From NCBI GenBank assembly GCA_035283365.1, contig DATETY010000069.1, positions 21,432 to 85,431 on the forward strand: a DNA stretch of 64,000 bases, written 5' to 3'. Below, piece after piece: positions 25,898-35,681 of the stretch. The notes under the pieces are model-generated. The model was not told the DNA's origin. It did no database searches and saw only the letters and a program-made list of their open reading frames with translations. Each line of letters starts with the position of its first letter. Within the stretch, counting starts at the first letter, position 1. Source of the DNA: Thermoplasmata archaeon. Lineage in GTDB: Archaea > Thermoplasmatota > Thermoplasmata > RBG-16-68-12. A program made the translations under genes and the position numbers.

Positions 25898-26986
25898 ATG
25901 GCCCGGATCGTCACGATCGTCGGGACCCGGCCCGAGATCATCAAGATGGCTCCGGTCGTGGAGGCGCTCGACGGGCTCTCGCACGAGCATGTGCTCGTGC
26001 ACTCGGGCCAGCACTATGACCTCGAGATGGACGAGGTGTTCTTCCGGGACATGGCCCTCCGGGATCCGGACCATCGATTCGAACTCAAAGAGCAGCCCCC
26101 TCATCTCCAGGTCGCGGGCACGATCCGCCAGGTCGCGGACGTCGCCAAGGACGCGGACCTCGTCGTCGTCCATGGAGACACGAACACGACCCTCGCGGGC
26201 GCGCTCCTCGCGAGCAAGCTCGGACGGCCTCTCGCGCACGTCGAGGCGGGCATCCGGTCCTTCGACCGGACGATGCCCGAGGAGACGAACCGGGTCGTCG
26301 CGGACCAGCTGTCGGATCTCCTGTTCGCGCCCACGGATGTGTCGCGGACGAACCTGAAGCGGGAGAACGTCGTGCGCGGCGTGCATGTGGTGGGCAACAG
26401 CGTGGTCGACGCGCTCACCCAGAACATCGCGCGGGCGGAGCAGCGGTCCGACGTCCTCGCGCGCCTCGGGCTCACGCCACGAGGCTACCTCCTGTTGACC
26501 TTCCATCGGGCGGAGAACGTCGACTCGAAGTCGCGCCTCGCGAAGGCCCTCGACGCGTTCGCCGCCGTCGCGGACGCGACGGGCCTCCCAATCGTCTTCC
26601 CGGTCCACCCGCGCACCGCGAAGGGCCTGCGGTCGCACGGGCTCGAACCGCGCGCGGCCTCGATCCCTCGAATGCGGCGCATCGAGCCGACGGGCTACCT
26701 CGACATGCTCGTCCTCGAGAAGCACGCGGCCCTCGTGATGACGGACTCGGGAGGCCTGCAGGAGGAAAGCTGCTTCTTCCAGGTCCCATGCGTCACCTTG
26801 CGGGCGAACACGGAGCGTCCAGAGACCCTAGACATCGGCGCGAACGTCCTCGCGGGGACGGAACCCGACGAGGTCCTCAAGGCCGTGCGGGGCCAGCTCG
26901 GCGCGACGAAGGGGTGGACGAATCCCTACGGGGATGGGACGACGGGCGCGCGGATCGCACGGATCGTGGACGAGTTTCTCGGGTGA
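25898..26986 (+). CDS. UDP-N-acetylglucosamine 2-epimerase family, divergent second copy
   Basis: 362 aa with IVGTRPEIIKM, HSGQHYD, GDTNTTLAGALLASK and HVEAGIRSFD. CTTTAATA box at 25861-25868. Confidence 0.85.
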   Translation: MARIVTIVGTRPEIIKMAPVVEALDGLSHEHVLVHSGQHYDLEMDEVFFRDMALRDPDHRFELKEQPPHLQVAGTIRQVADVAKDADLVVVHGDTNTTLAGALLASKLGRPLAHVEAGIRSFDRTMPEETNRVVADQLSDLLFAPTDVSRTNLKRENVVRGVHVVGNSVVDALTQNIARAEQRSDVLARLGLTPRGYLLLTFHRAENVDSKSRLAKALDAFAAVADATGLPIVFPVHPRTAKGLRSHGLEPRAASIPRMRRIEPTGYLDMLVLEKHAALVMTDSGGLQEESCFFQVPCVTLRANTERPETLDIGANVLAGTEPDEVLKAVRGQLGATKGWTNPYGDGTTGARIARIVDEFLG

Positions 26987-26993
26987 CGGGGCG

Positions 26994-28106
26994 ATGCGGA
27001 TCCTCATGGTCGTCTCGAACGACGTCGTGCACGACTCCCGGGTCCTCAAGGAGGCGCGGGCCCTCCGCACGGCGGGGCACACGGTCACACTCATCGGTTG
27101 GGACCGGTCGGGCGCCGGGCCTGCCCGCACGACGTGGGACGGATTCGAGGTCCACCGCGTGAAGACGGAGGGCCTCATGCGCCTCGCGGGCAAGGACCTG
27201 TTCCGGAACCCGATGTGGTGGCGTCGCGCCGTGCGGATCGGCCGAAGCCTGGCGTTCGACGTCGTGCATTGTCACGACCTCGACACGCTCCCGATCGGGA
27301 TCCGGCTCAAGGAGCTCCGCGAGACTCCGATCGTGTACGACGCCCACGAGGTGTTCGGCTACATGATCGAGACGGACGTGCCCCGGCCCGTCGTGGATTA
27401 CGTGTTCCGGATGGAACGCCGGCTCGCGCCCCAGGCGGACCGCGTGATCGCCGTGAACGAGGCCGTGAAAGAGTACATCGACAGGGCATCGGGCCACGAC
27501 GCCGTGGTCGTCCGGAACTGCCACGACCTCGTCCTCGACGCGTACCGACCGCCTCCCGGCCCGCCCTTCACGGTGATCTACTTGGGAACGCTCCACATCA
27601 GCCGGTTCATCCTCCAGGCGATCGACGTGGTCGGCGAGATGCCCGACGTTCGGCTCGTCCTCGGCGGGAGCAAGAAGCTGACGGCCCTCGTCCGGGAACG
27701 ATGTGCGCGCCATCCGAACACCCCGTTCCTGGGCGTCGTCCCGAACGAGCGCGTCCTGCCGATGACCCTCGAGGCCCACGCGGTCCTCGCGATGCTCGAC
27801 CCCGGCCACCGGATCTCGAAAGTCGGGATCTCGAACAAGATGTTCGAGGCCATGGTGACGGGGCGTCCGTGCATCGTGACGGAGGGTCTCCTGATGGCAG
27901 GCATCGTGGCGCAGGAGGACTGCGGACTCGTCGTGCCGTACACGCACGCGGGATTCCGGGGCGCCGTGGAACGGCTCCGGGACGACCCCGCGCTCGCGGA
28001 GCGTCTCGGACGGAACGGGCTCGAGGCCGCGAAGCGGGAGTACAACTGGGGCGCGGAACAGGCCCGCCTCGTCCGCCTGTACGAGGATCTCGCCCGGCGG
28101 GCGTGA
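26994..28106 (+). CDS. glycosyltransferase, group 1 / GT4
   Basis: ATG 26994 gives MRILMVVSNDVVHDSRVLKEARAL..., 370 aa, inside track ORF 26934..28106. It starts 8 nt after the upstream stop. Confidence 0.85.
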   Translation: MRILMVVSNDVVHDSRVLKEARALRTAGHTVTLIGWDRSGAGPARTTWDGFEVHRVKTEGLMRLAGKDLFRNPMWWRRAVRIGRSLAFDVVHCHDLDTLPIGIRLKELRETPIVYDAHEVFGYMIETDVPRPVVDYVFRMERRLAPQADRVIAVNEAVKEYIDRASGHDAVVVRNCHDLVLDAYRPPPGPPFTVIYLGTLHISRFILQAIDVVGEMPDVRLVLGGSKKLTALVRERCARHPNTPFLGVVPNERVLPMTLEAHAVLAMLDPGHRISKVGISNKMFEAMVTGRPCIVTEGLLMAGIVAQEDCGLVVPYTHAGFRGAVERLRDDPALAERLGRNGLEAAKREYNWGAEQARLVRLYEDLARRA

Positions 28107-28107
28107 C

Positions 28108-30018
28108 ATGTGCGGGATCTGCGGCGTGTACGACCCGCGCGGCGGGATCGACGCGGACCTCGTGCGGCGGATGAACGAGACCCTCCGCCACCGGGGACCC
28201 GACGCGGATGCGATCAAGGCGTTCCCCGCCTGCGTGATCGCGTACAGGCGCCTCAGCATCATCGACCTGCCCACGGGGTTCCAGCCCATGTCGGACGAGT
28301 CGGGCCGGTCATGGATCGTGTACAACGGGGAGATTTACAACTACAAGACCCTCCGGGACGGCCTCCTGACCCGGGGTCACACCCTCCGCACGAACAGCGA
28401 CACGGAGACGATCGTCCACTTGTACGAGGAGAAGGGCGCGGACGCGGTCCACGACCTGAACGGGATGTTCGCGTTCGCGATCTGGGACGAAGGCGAGGGA
28501 CGCCTCCTCCTCGCGCGCGACCGGCTGGGAATCAAGCCGCTCTACTACCGGGAGGCGGAAGGCCGGGTCGCCTTCGCGTCCGAGATCAAGGGGATCCTCG
28601 CGGACCCCGCGGTCCATCGGTCCCTCGACCGCCGGGCCCTCGCGGACTACCTCGCGTTCCAGAACGTGTTCGGCGACAAGACGTTCTTCGAAGGCGTCAA
28701 GGTCCTCCCCGCGGGCCACGTCCTGACGGCCCGGGACGGGCGGGTCGAGGTCCGGGAGTACTGGGACCTCCCGTTTCCCGGCGACCTCCGGGACGAGGCG
28801 GACGCGGTCGCGCGGTTCCGGTCCCTCCTCGACGAATCCGTCGAGATGCAGCTCATGAGCGACGTGCCCCTCGGGAGCCACCTGAGCGGAGGCCTCGATT
28901 CATCGGGCATCGTGATGCGGGCCAGCCGCAAGCTCGCCGAGCGGCTCAAGACGTTCAGCGTGTACTTCGCGGAGCCCGAGTACGATGAGAGCTCGCTGAT
29001 CGAGGAGATGTCCCTCCTCGCGGACACGATCCACTACGACCTCCTACTGGACCCGGCTGAGTTCCCGAAGATACTGTCGCGGATCATGTACCATCTCGAC
29101 GAGCCGCGGGTCGGACCCAGCGTGATCCCCCAGTGGTACGTCGCGGAGATCGCGTCGAAGGAGGTGCGCGTCGTCCTCACGGGGCACGGCGGCGACGAGC
29201 TGTTCGCCGGGTATCCGGCGTACCTCGTGCCATACCTCCGGGAGGTGTGGGCGCGTCGCGACCTGTCGGAGGCGGTCCGGATCGCGCGGGCGTTCCGTGA
29301 CCGGGTGCGGGCGGAAGGCTGGAGACGACTCATCGGGTTGCCCCTGTTCGCCCTCGTGAACCGGGACCTGGCCCGGTATGGGCGCGCTGCGGTCTTCGAC
29401 GATCGGGAACGGGACGGCCTGATGGGCCCTGGAGAGCCCGAGCGACTGGACGGATACGACCCCCGGGCCGAGCTCGAGCGGGTCCTCGCGCGGTGCCACG
29501 CGGGCCCGCTCGATCGGATCCTGTACCTGGACATCAAGACGTACCTGCCGTCCCTCCTCCTCGTCGAGGACCGGATGTCGATGGCCCACTCCGTGGAGAA
29601 TCGCGTCCCCCTCCTCGACCACCGGATCGCCGAGTTGGCCGCGCGGGTCCCGGGCCGGCTCAAGATCCGGGACCTCACGCTCAAATGGATCCCGAGGCGG
29701 GGCGCGGAAGGCGTGCTGCCGAAGTCGATCCTCGAGCATCGGAAGGTCGGGTTCCTCGTCCCCCTGGCCGAATGGCTTCGAGGGCCCCTCCAGGGGTTCC
29801 TCGAGGACACGCTCCTCGGCGAGCGGGCCGCGGCCCGGGGTCTGTTCCGCACCGACACCGTCCGCCGACTCGTCCGGGATCACGTGTCCGGCGCGCGGGA
29901 TCACTCGTGGAAGCTGTGGTCCCTCCTGAACGTGGAGCTGTGGCACCGCGTCTGGATCGACGGGGAGGGGCCAGGGTCGGACCGCCTCGGGCCTCCCGGG
30001 GTCCAGCGGAAGGGTTAA
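28108..30018 (+). CDS. asparagine synthase (glutamine-hydrolysing)-like amidotransferase, copy 1
   Basis: 636 aa with the N-terminal nucleophile MCGICG and the PP-loop LSGGLDSS. It starts 2 nt after the GT4 stop. Confidence 0.9.
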   Translation: MCGICGVYDPRGGIDADLVRRMNETLRHRGPDADAIKAFPACVIAYRRLSIIDLPTGFQPMSDESGRSWIVYNGEIYNYKTLRDGLLTRGHTLRTNSDTETIVHLYEEKGADAVHDLNGMFAFAIWDEGEGRLLLARDRLGIKPLYYREAEGRVAFASEIKGILADPAVHRSLDRRALADYLAFQNVFGDKTFFEGVKVLPAGHVLTARDGRVEVREYWDLPFPGDLRDEADAVARFRSLLDESVEMQLMSDVPLGSHLSGGLDSSGIVMRASRKLAERLKTFSVYFAEPEYDESSLIEEMSLLADTIHYDLLLDPAEFPKILSRIMYHLDEPRVGPSVIPQWYVAEIASKEVRVVLTGHGGDELFAGYPAYLVPYLREVWARRDLSEAVRIARAFRDRVRAEGWRRLIGLPLFALVNRDLARYGRAAVFDDRERDGLMGPGEPERLDGYDPRAELERVLARCHAGPLDRILYLDIKTYLPSLLLVEDRMSMAHSVENRVPLLDHRIAELAARVPGRLKIRDLTLKWIPRRGAEGVLPKSILEHRKVGFLVPLAEWLRGPLQGFLEDTLLGERAAARGLFRTDTVRRLVRDHVSGARDHSWKLWSLLNVELWHRVWIDGEGPGSDRLGPPGVQRKG

Positions 30019-30031
30019 TTCGTCCGCGAGG

Positions 30032-30565
30032 ATGGCCCGGACGATGATCCGCGGGAAGAAGGTCACGTTCCGCGCGATCGAGCGGGACGACTTGCCTCGC
30101 CTCCGGGACTGGCGCAACAGCCCGGAGATCCGCGCGCGCACCCGCGAGTTCCGGCTCCTCAGCATGATGGACCAGGAGCGATGGTTCGAGGGTCTGCACA
30201 ACGACCGGCACACGATCATGTTCGCGGTCCTCAACGGGGAGGGGAGCCTCATCGGGGTCGTGGGCCTGACGTACATCGATTGGAAGAACCGCCGCGCGGA
30301 GGTCTCCATCTACGTGGGAGAGGAAGGGGCCCAGGGGAAGGGTTACGGGTACGATGCGCTGCGGACCCTCCTGGCATACGGGTTCCACACGGTGAACCTC
30401 CACAAGCTGTACGCGGAGATTTTCGCCTTCAACGAGCCGAGCATCCGCCTGTTCGAGAAGGCGGGCTTCAAGCGGGACGGCGCGAAGCGGGAGGACCAGT
30501 TCGTGGACGGCAAGTACTGGGACACGTACGTCTACTCGATCCTCGCGTCCGAGTTCAAGGATTGA
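30032..30565 (+). CDS. GNAT N-acetyltransferase (RimJ/RimL-PseH-like)
   Basis: 177 aa with GVVGLTYIDWKNRRAEVSIYVGEEGAQGKGYG...FNEPSIRLFEKAGF. Confidence 0.8.
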   Translation: MARTMIRGKKVTFRAIERDDLPRLRDWRNSPEIRARTREFRLLSMMDQERWFEGLHNDRHTIMFAVLNGEGSLIGVVGLTYIDWKNRRAEVSIYVGEEGAQGKGYGYDALRTLLAYGFHTVNLHKLYAEIFAFNEPSIRLFEKAGFKRDGAKREDQFVDGKYWDTYVYSILASEFKD

Positions 30566-30572
30566 GCCCCAC

Positions 30573-31616
30573 TCAGACATCGTCCCACGTGAGGGCCGAA
30601 TGGGCCCGGATGGCCCGTCGGGCCGGTCGACCGAGGACCCGGTCCAGCTCCCGGGGCTCGAGGCCCTCCGTCCCGCGCAGGATCGCGACCATCGTCCGCC
30701 TCACCGGCGTGCCCTTCGGGATGTCGACGACCGCGAAGATCCGGCGGCGAGCGAGCCGTGACAGCTCCTCCTCCGCGGGGACGGCCTCCTTCCGGCCCGA
30801 GCCCGATGCCGCCTCCGTGTCCCGGATCGCGCGGACCATCGCGGCCAGCTCGCCCGGGTCGAGGGCGAACGGATGGTCCGGCCCCGGGAGGCCTTTGTCG
30901 ACTGTGAAGTGCTTCTCGAGGACGCACGCCCCGAGGGCCACGGCGGCCGTGCTCACGGTCCAGCCCACGGTGTGGTCCGAGAACCCCACGGGCACGTGGA
31001 ACGCGGCGCGCATCGTGGCCATCGCGCGGAGGTTCGCGTCCCCCGGGGCCGCCGGGTACACGGACGCGCAATGGAGCAGGACCACGTCCCGCTGGTACCG
31101 ACGGATCACGGCGAGGGCCTCTTCGATGGCCGCGAGGTCCGCCATCCCCGTGGACACGATCATCGGCTTCTTCTTCGCCGCGACGTGCTCGATGAGGGGG
31201 AGATGATTCAGCTCGAAGCTGGCGATCTTGAAGCACGGCACGCCGACCGAGTCGAGCAGGTCCGCGCTCCCTTCGTCGAACGGAGTGCTGAAGAAGACGA
31301 GGCCATGCGCCTGCGCGTGGTCCCGGAGCTCTGCGTGCCACGCGTCGGGCACCTCGAGCCGCCGGAACGTATCGTGGAGGGTCTCTCCGGGGGCGAGGAG
31401 CGTGTCCAGGTACGACGGCCGGTCCGCGACCTTCGCGACGATCCGATCCGCGCGGAACGTCTGGAACTTGATCGCGTCGCACCCGGCTTCCGCGGCGACC
31501 TCCACGAGGCGCTTCGCCTGCGCGAGCTTTCCGTCGTGGTTCGATCCGGCCTCCCCGACGATGAACGTCGGCTCCCCGGCGCCAATCCAGCGGTCCGCGA
31601 TCCTCACGCGCTCCAT
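30573..31616 (-). CDS. nonulosonic acid synthase (NeuB/PseI/LegI family) with SAF domain
   Basis: 347 aa with FIVGEAGSNHDG, KFQTF and a C-terminal SAF-like region. Confidence 0.85.
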   Translation of the reverse strand: MERVRIADRWIGAGEPTFIVGEAGSNHDGKLAQAKRLVEVAAEAGCDAIKFQTFRADRIVAKVADRPSYLDTLLAPGETLHDTFRRLEVPDAWHAELRDHAQAHGLVFFSTPFDEGSADLLDSVGVPCFKIASFELNHLPLIEHVAAKKKPMIVSTGMADLAAIEEALAVIRRYQRDVVLLHCASVYPAAPGDANLRAMATMRAAFHVPVGFSDHTVGWTVSTAAVALGACVLEKHFTVDKGLPGPDHPFALDPGELAAMVRAIRDTEAASGSGRKEAVPAEEELSRLARRRIFAVVDIPKGTPVRRTMVAILRGTEGLEPRELDRVLGRPARRAIRAHSALTWDDV

Positions 31617-31649
31617 CGAATCCCCGGGATGACCGAGGGCCTATTTACG

Positions 31650-32402
31650 TCACTCCCTCGGGCCCTTCTGCCGCACGTGGGCGTTGATCGAGCGGATCTC
31701 CGGATGGTCGGCCAGGAGACGCGCGTAGCGCTGCGCGGCCACGCGGATCGGATCCTCGTCCGTCACGAGGGCCACGAGTCGGGACAGGGCCTCGTGGTCC
31801 TCCGCCGTGTCGAGGGTCATCCGCAGGTCCGCGCGTCGGAGGTCGCCAGGAGGCGCGACGGGATTCAGCCGGAACGCGGCCGGGTTCTCGTAGAGCGCGG
31901 CCGTCACATGCTCTCGGTGGTGGGGCTCGCCGAATCGGGATCGGCTGCGCCTCAGCGCGTCGACGGAGAACGCCTCCACCGCGAGGCCGAGGGGGAACGG
32001 GCCGCTCAGGCCGTACGAACTGTACTCCGCGCCGGATCGGCGGTGACTCTCCACGAGGCGGTCGATCAGGGCAGCGTCCACGAGGGGGTTGTCGCACGTG
32101 AGCCGGACCACGGTCTTCGCCCCGACGGCATCCGCGGCCGCGATGTACCGCGACTGGACGTCCGTCGGGTCGCCGCGGAAGACCCGATGTCCCATGGCGC
32201 GAATCCGATCTGCGAGGATGTGGTCCTCCGGGCCGTCCGGGATCCCGATGACGACGCCGTCCACGGAAGCCCGCCCGGCCCGGGTCCCGACCCAGTCCAC
32301 GACGGACCGCCCGGCGAGGGGAAGGAGGACCTTCCCGGGGAGGCGGGTCGAACCCATCCTAGCCTGAGCGATGGCGTACACGGGCCCGCGGCCGCCAGAC
32401 AT
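31650..32402 (-). CDS. acylneuraminate/SpsF-type cytidylyltransferase (CTP_transf_3)
   Basis: 250 aa with the AIAQARMGSTRLPGKVL N-terminus. The start may be GTG 32381. It overlaps the 3' end of the upstream gene. Confidence 0.8.
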   Translation of the reverse strand: MSGGRGPVYAIAQARMGSTRLPGKVLLPLAGRSVVDWVGTRAGRASVDGVVIGIPDGPEDHILADRIRAMGHRVFRGDPTDVQSRYIAAADAVGAKTVVRLTCDNPLVDAALIDRLVESHRRSGAEYSSYGLSGPFPLGLAVEAFSVDALRRSRSRFGEPHHREHVTAALYENPAAFRLNPVAPPGDLRRADLRMTLDTAEDHEALSRLVALVTDEDPIRVAAQRYARLLADHPEIRSINAHVRQKGPRE

Positions 32403-33576
32403 CCATCACCTTCCGGAGGGCCCGGACGACGTCCATCGCGTCCTCGTCCGTCATCCGGGGGAACAGGGGCAGAGTGAGCACCCGCTCGTACGCGCGTTCC
32501 GCGCGGGGGAACCGTCCCTTCCGGTCGCCGAACCGCTCCCGGTAGTACGGGTGGTAGTGGACGGGGATGTAGTGCACGTTGACCCCGATGTTCTCTGCCC
32601 GCATCGCCTTGAACGCCCAGTCCCGATCGAGGCCCGGCCCGGTGAGCTCGATCACGTACAGATGCCACGCGTGGAGGACCTCGGATCGCGAGACGGGGAG
32701 CCGGATCCCCTCGACGCCGCCGAGTTCCCGCTCGTACAAGGCCACGATCTCCCGTCGGCGGCGCTGGAACGACTCGAGGCGCCCGAGCTGCGCGATCCCG
32801 AGCGCGGCCTGCATGTCCGTCATGTAGAACCGGTGTCCAAGGAGGCGCATCTCGTAGAAGTACGACCCGCGCGGGCCGAACCGCGCGTCAGGATCCGTCA
32901 TGACGCCGTGGGCGCGCAGGGCGCGGACCCGCTCCGCGAGCTCGCCCGAGTTCGTCGTGACCATCCCGCCCTCCCCCGTCGTGATGTTCTTCACGGGGTG
33001 GAACGAGAACACCGCGAGGCCGTCCGTCCCACCGATCCGCCGGCCGCGGTACTCCGCGCTCAACGCGTGAGCCGCGTCCTCCACGACCGCGAGGGAGTGG
33101 TCCTTCGCGAGCTTTCGAAGCTCGTCCATGTCGCACGGGTGGCCCCCGAAGTGTACGGGGACGATCGCTTTCGTCTTCCGCGTGATCGCGCCGGCCGCCG
33201 CGCCCGGGTCCAAGTTCCGCGTGTCCTCCTGGATGTCCGCGAAGACGGGCGTGCCGCCGCGGAACAGGACCGCGTTGCTCGTCGCCGCGAACGTGAACGG
33301 CGTCGTGATGACCTCGTCCCCCGGATCGATCCCGAGGGCCCCCATCGAGAGGTGCAAGGCGGCGGTCCCCGAATGGCACGAGACTGCATGCTTCGCCCCG
33401 ACGTACCTCGCGAACGCCTCCTCGAACTCCTTCGTGACGGGGCCCGTCGTGATCCACTCGGACCGTAGGACCTGGAGGACGCGGGCCTCTTCGTCCGGGC
33501 CGATCCACTGGGTCGCGTACGGGAGGAACGTGTCCCGGACGGGTGTGCCGCCGTCGATCGCGAGCGTCTCGGTCAC
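32359..33576 (-). CDS. DegT-family sugar aminotransferase (PseC/LegC-like)
   Basis: GTG 33576 overlaps the upstream stop (GTGA), giving 405 aa with the PLP motif SFHPVKNITTGEGG. The first 82 codons of track ORF 32359..33822 are Arg/Gly-rich and I rejected them. Confidence 0.85.
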   Translation of the reverse strand: MTETLAIDGGTPVRDTFLPYATQWIGPDEEARVLQVLRSEWITTGPVTKEFEEAFARYVGAKHAVSCHSGTAALHLSMGALGIDPGDEVITTPFTFAATSNAVLFRGGTPVFADIQEDTRNLDPGAAAGAITRKTKAIVPVHFGGHPCDMDELRKLAKDHSLAVVEDAAHALSAEYRGRRIGGTDGLAVFSFHPVKNITTGEGGMVTTNSGELAERVRALRAHGVMTDPDARFGPRGSYFYEMRLLGHRFYMTDMQAALGIAQLGRLESFQRRRREIVALYERELGGVEGIRLPVSRSEVLHAWHLYVIELTGPGLDRDWAFKAMRAENIGVNVHYIPVHYHPYYRERFGDRKGRFPRAERAYERVLTLPLFPRMTDEDAMDVVRALRKVMDVWRPRARVRHRSG

Positions 33577-34502
33577 GGGGCCATCCACCTCCGCAGCCTC
33601 GCGAGCCCGTCCTCGAGGGAAACGCTCGGGCGCCAGCCCAGGAGTTTCGCGGCCTTCCGAGCGTCCGCGCGCAGCTTTTGGATCTCGCTCTGGGGATGCG
33701 GATGGGAGACGTGGACGACCTCGCCGTCCGGACCCCCGACGAGCCGCGCCAGGTCGTTCACCGCGATGTCCCGGCCCGACCCTCCGTTCAGCACCTCGCC
33801 GAGGGCCGCCTTCGACTCGCACGCACGCAGGATGAGGTCGACGCAGTCATCCACGTAGAGGAAATCCCTCGTCTGGGTCCCGTCCCCGAACACCTCGAGG
33901 GGTTCCTTTCGGAGGGCTCGGCGGACGAAGACCGCGACGACACCGCCCTCTTGGTTGGCCTTCTGGAACGGACCGTACGTGTTGAATGGGCGCACGACGG
34001 ACACGGGCAGGCCGTACGCGTGGCCGTACGCGAGGGTCAGGTGCTCCGCCGCGAGTTTCGTGGCCGCGTACGGCGAGACGGGTTTCACGGGGTGGGACTC
34101 CGAGATGGACCCTCTCGCGCTCGCCATGTCGTACACCATGCACGTGCTCACGAACGTCGCGCGCACGTCGCCCGCGCGGCACGCCTCGAGCACGTTCGCG
34201 GTCCCGCCCACGTTCACGTCGACGCTCCGCGCGGGGTCGACGAGGCTCTTCTGGACCTCGATCACGGCGGCGAGATGGATCGCGAGGTCGGCGCCTCCCG
34301 CGAACGCGTCCACGACGGCCTTAGGGTCCGCGACGTCCCCGCGGACGACGTGGAGGTGGGGATCAGCCCGGAATTCAGCCAGGTTGGCCATGGAGCCGTT
34401 CGACAGGTCGTCGATCACGACGACCTCATCGCCGCGGGCCAGGAGGGACGCGACGATCCACCGGCCGATGAACCCGGCGCCGCCCGTCACGACCACCCGC
34501 AT
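33573..34502 (-). CDS. NAD-dependent sugar epimerase/dehydratase (extended SDR)
   Basis: 309 aa with VVVTGGAGFIGRW and the catalytic YAATK. Confidence 0.85.
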   Translation of the reverse strand: MRVVVTGGAGFIGRWIVASLLARGDEVVVIDDLSNGSMANLAEFRADPHLHVVRGDVADPKAVVDAFAGGADLAIHLAAVIEVQKSLVDPARSVDVNVGGTANVLEACRAGDVRATFVSTCMVYDMASARGSISESHPVKPVSPYAATKLAAEHLTLAYGHAYGLPVSVVRPFNTYGPFQKANQEGGVVAVFVRRALRKEPLEVFGDGTQTRDFLYVDDCVDLILRACESKAALGEVLNGGSGRDIAVNDLARLVGGPDGEVVHVSHPHPQSEIQKLRADARKAAKLLGWRPSVSLEDGLARLRRWMAP

Positions 34503-34513
34503 GGACGGTCGCC

Positions 34514-35536
34514 TCAGAGAAGGCCTTCCGCCTTCATGAGTCCCGCGAGGTCCTGGCGGCTCAACATGGACACCTGATCGGATCGGTACACGATCCGGCG
34601 AACCGGTTTCGCGCCGGGATACGCCTTCATGTCCACGGGCAGGAGCTCCGGCATGTTCGGGACGACGAGGTACATGTCCGCGAGCTCGTACGCTCGCGAG
34701 GCTTCCTCCTCCGTCATGAGCTCCTCGTGGAGCCTCTCCCCGGGCTTCGGGCCCGACCGGGAGACGGTGACCTTCCGGCCCTCCCGGGCCCCGCCCCGCT
34801 CGATGAGGACGGCCGCCAGGTCCGAGATCCGCGCGGCGTCCATCTTGAGGATGAACGTCTCCCCTCCCCGGGTCAGGTCGATCGCCTTCAGCACGAGGCG
34901 GACCGCGTCGGGGAGAGTCATGACGAACCGCGTCATCCGCTCGTCCGTGAGGGTGACGGGGCCCCCGGCGATGACCTGCTCGCGGAACAGGAGCGGCGCG
35001 GAGCCGCGGGAGCCGAGGACGTTCCCGAAGCGGACGCAGCTGAACGCCGTGCGATGGCTGCCTCGGTAGAAGTTCGCGGCGACGATGAGTTTCTCCGCGA
35101 GGAGCTTCGTCGCGCCCAAGACGCTCACGGGATTCACGGCCTTATCCGTGCTCGTGAGGACGACCTTCTCGACGTTGGCCTCGAGGCCCGCGTCGATCAC
35201 GTTCTGGGTCCCGATCACGTTCGTCTTGACGGCCTCGAACGGGTTGTACTCGCTGCTCTCCACGTGCTTCAGGGCGGCCGCGTGAATGATCACGTCGATG
35301 TCCGCGCACGCCGTCTCGAGCCGCGGGAGGTCACGCAGGTCGCCGAGGAGGAGACGGAGTCGAGGTTCCCCGCGGTGTCGTTCCCGGAGGGCCCAGAGGC
35401 CATTTTCGTCGTGATCGAGGACCCGGACGACCTTCGCCTTCCGCTCGAGCAACTCCGCGACGAGGGCCTGCCCGAACGAGCCACTGCCTCCCGTCACGAG
35501 GATCTTCTGCCCCGCGAAGGCGACGGACTCGGCCAT
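34514..35536 (-). CDS. pseB: UDP-N-acetylglucosamine 4,6-dehydratase (PseB/FlaA1/CapD-short family)
   Basis: ATG 35536 gives 340 aa with ILVTGGSGSFG, IIHAAALKHV, LGATKLLAEK, RFGNVLGSRGS and MTRF. It resembles H. pylori FlaA1 along its length as I remember it. Confidence 0.8.
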   Translation of the reverse strand: MAESVAFAGQKILVTGGSGSFGQALVAELLERKAKVVRVLDHDENGLWALRERHRGEPRLRLLLGDLRDLPRLETACADIDVIIHAAALKHVESSEYNPFEAVKTNVIGTQNVIDAGLEANVEKVVLTSTDKAVNPVSVLGATKLLAEKLIVAANFYRGSHRTAFSCVRFGNVLGSRGSAPLLFREQVIAGGPVTLTDERMTRFVMTLPDAVRLVLKAIDLTRGGETFILKMDAARISDLAAVLIERGGAREGRKVTVSRSGPKPGERLHEELMTEEEASRAYELADMYLVVPNMPELLPVDMKAYPGAKPVRRIVYRSDQVSMLSRQDLAGLMKAEGLL

Positions 35537-35681
35537 GGTGCTCCTCTCGCGGTCACCGAACACGCGATGGCGTACATAAGGTCTGGCCACGGCCCGAGGC
35601 GGGTCTCGATCGCGCGCGGACGTGCGCGGATCGTTCGGTTCCGTCACGCCGCCATCGGGTGTCCGCTGCTGGGTGAACCTT

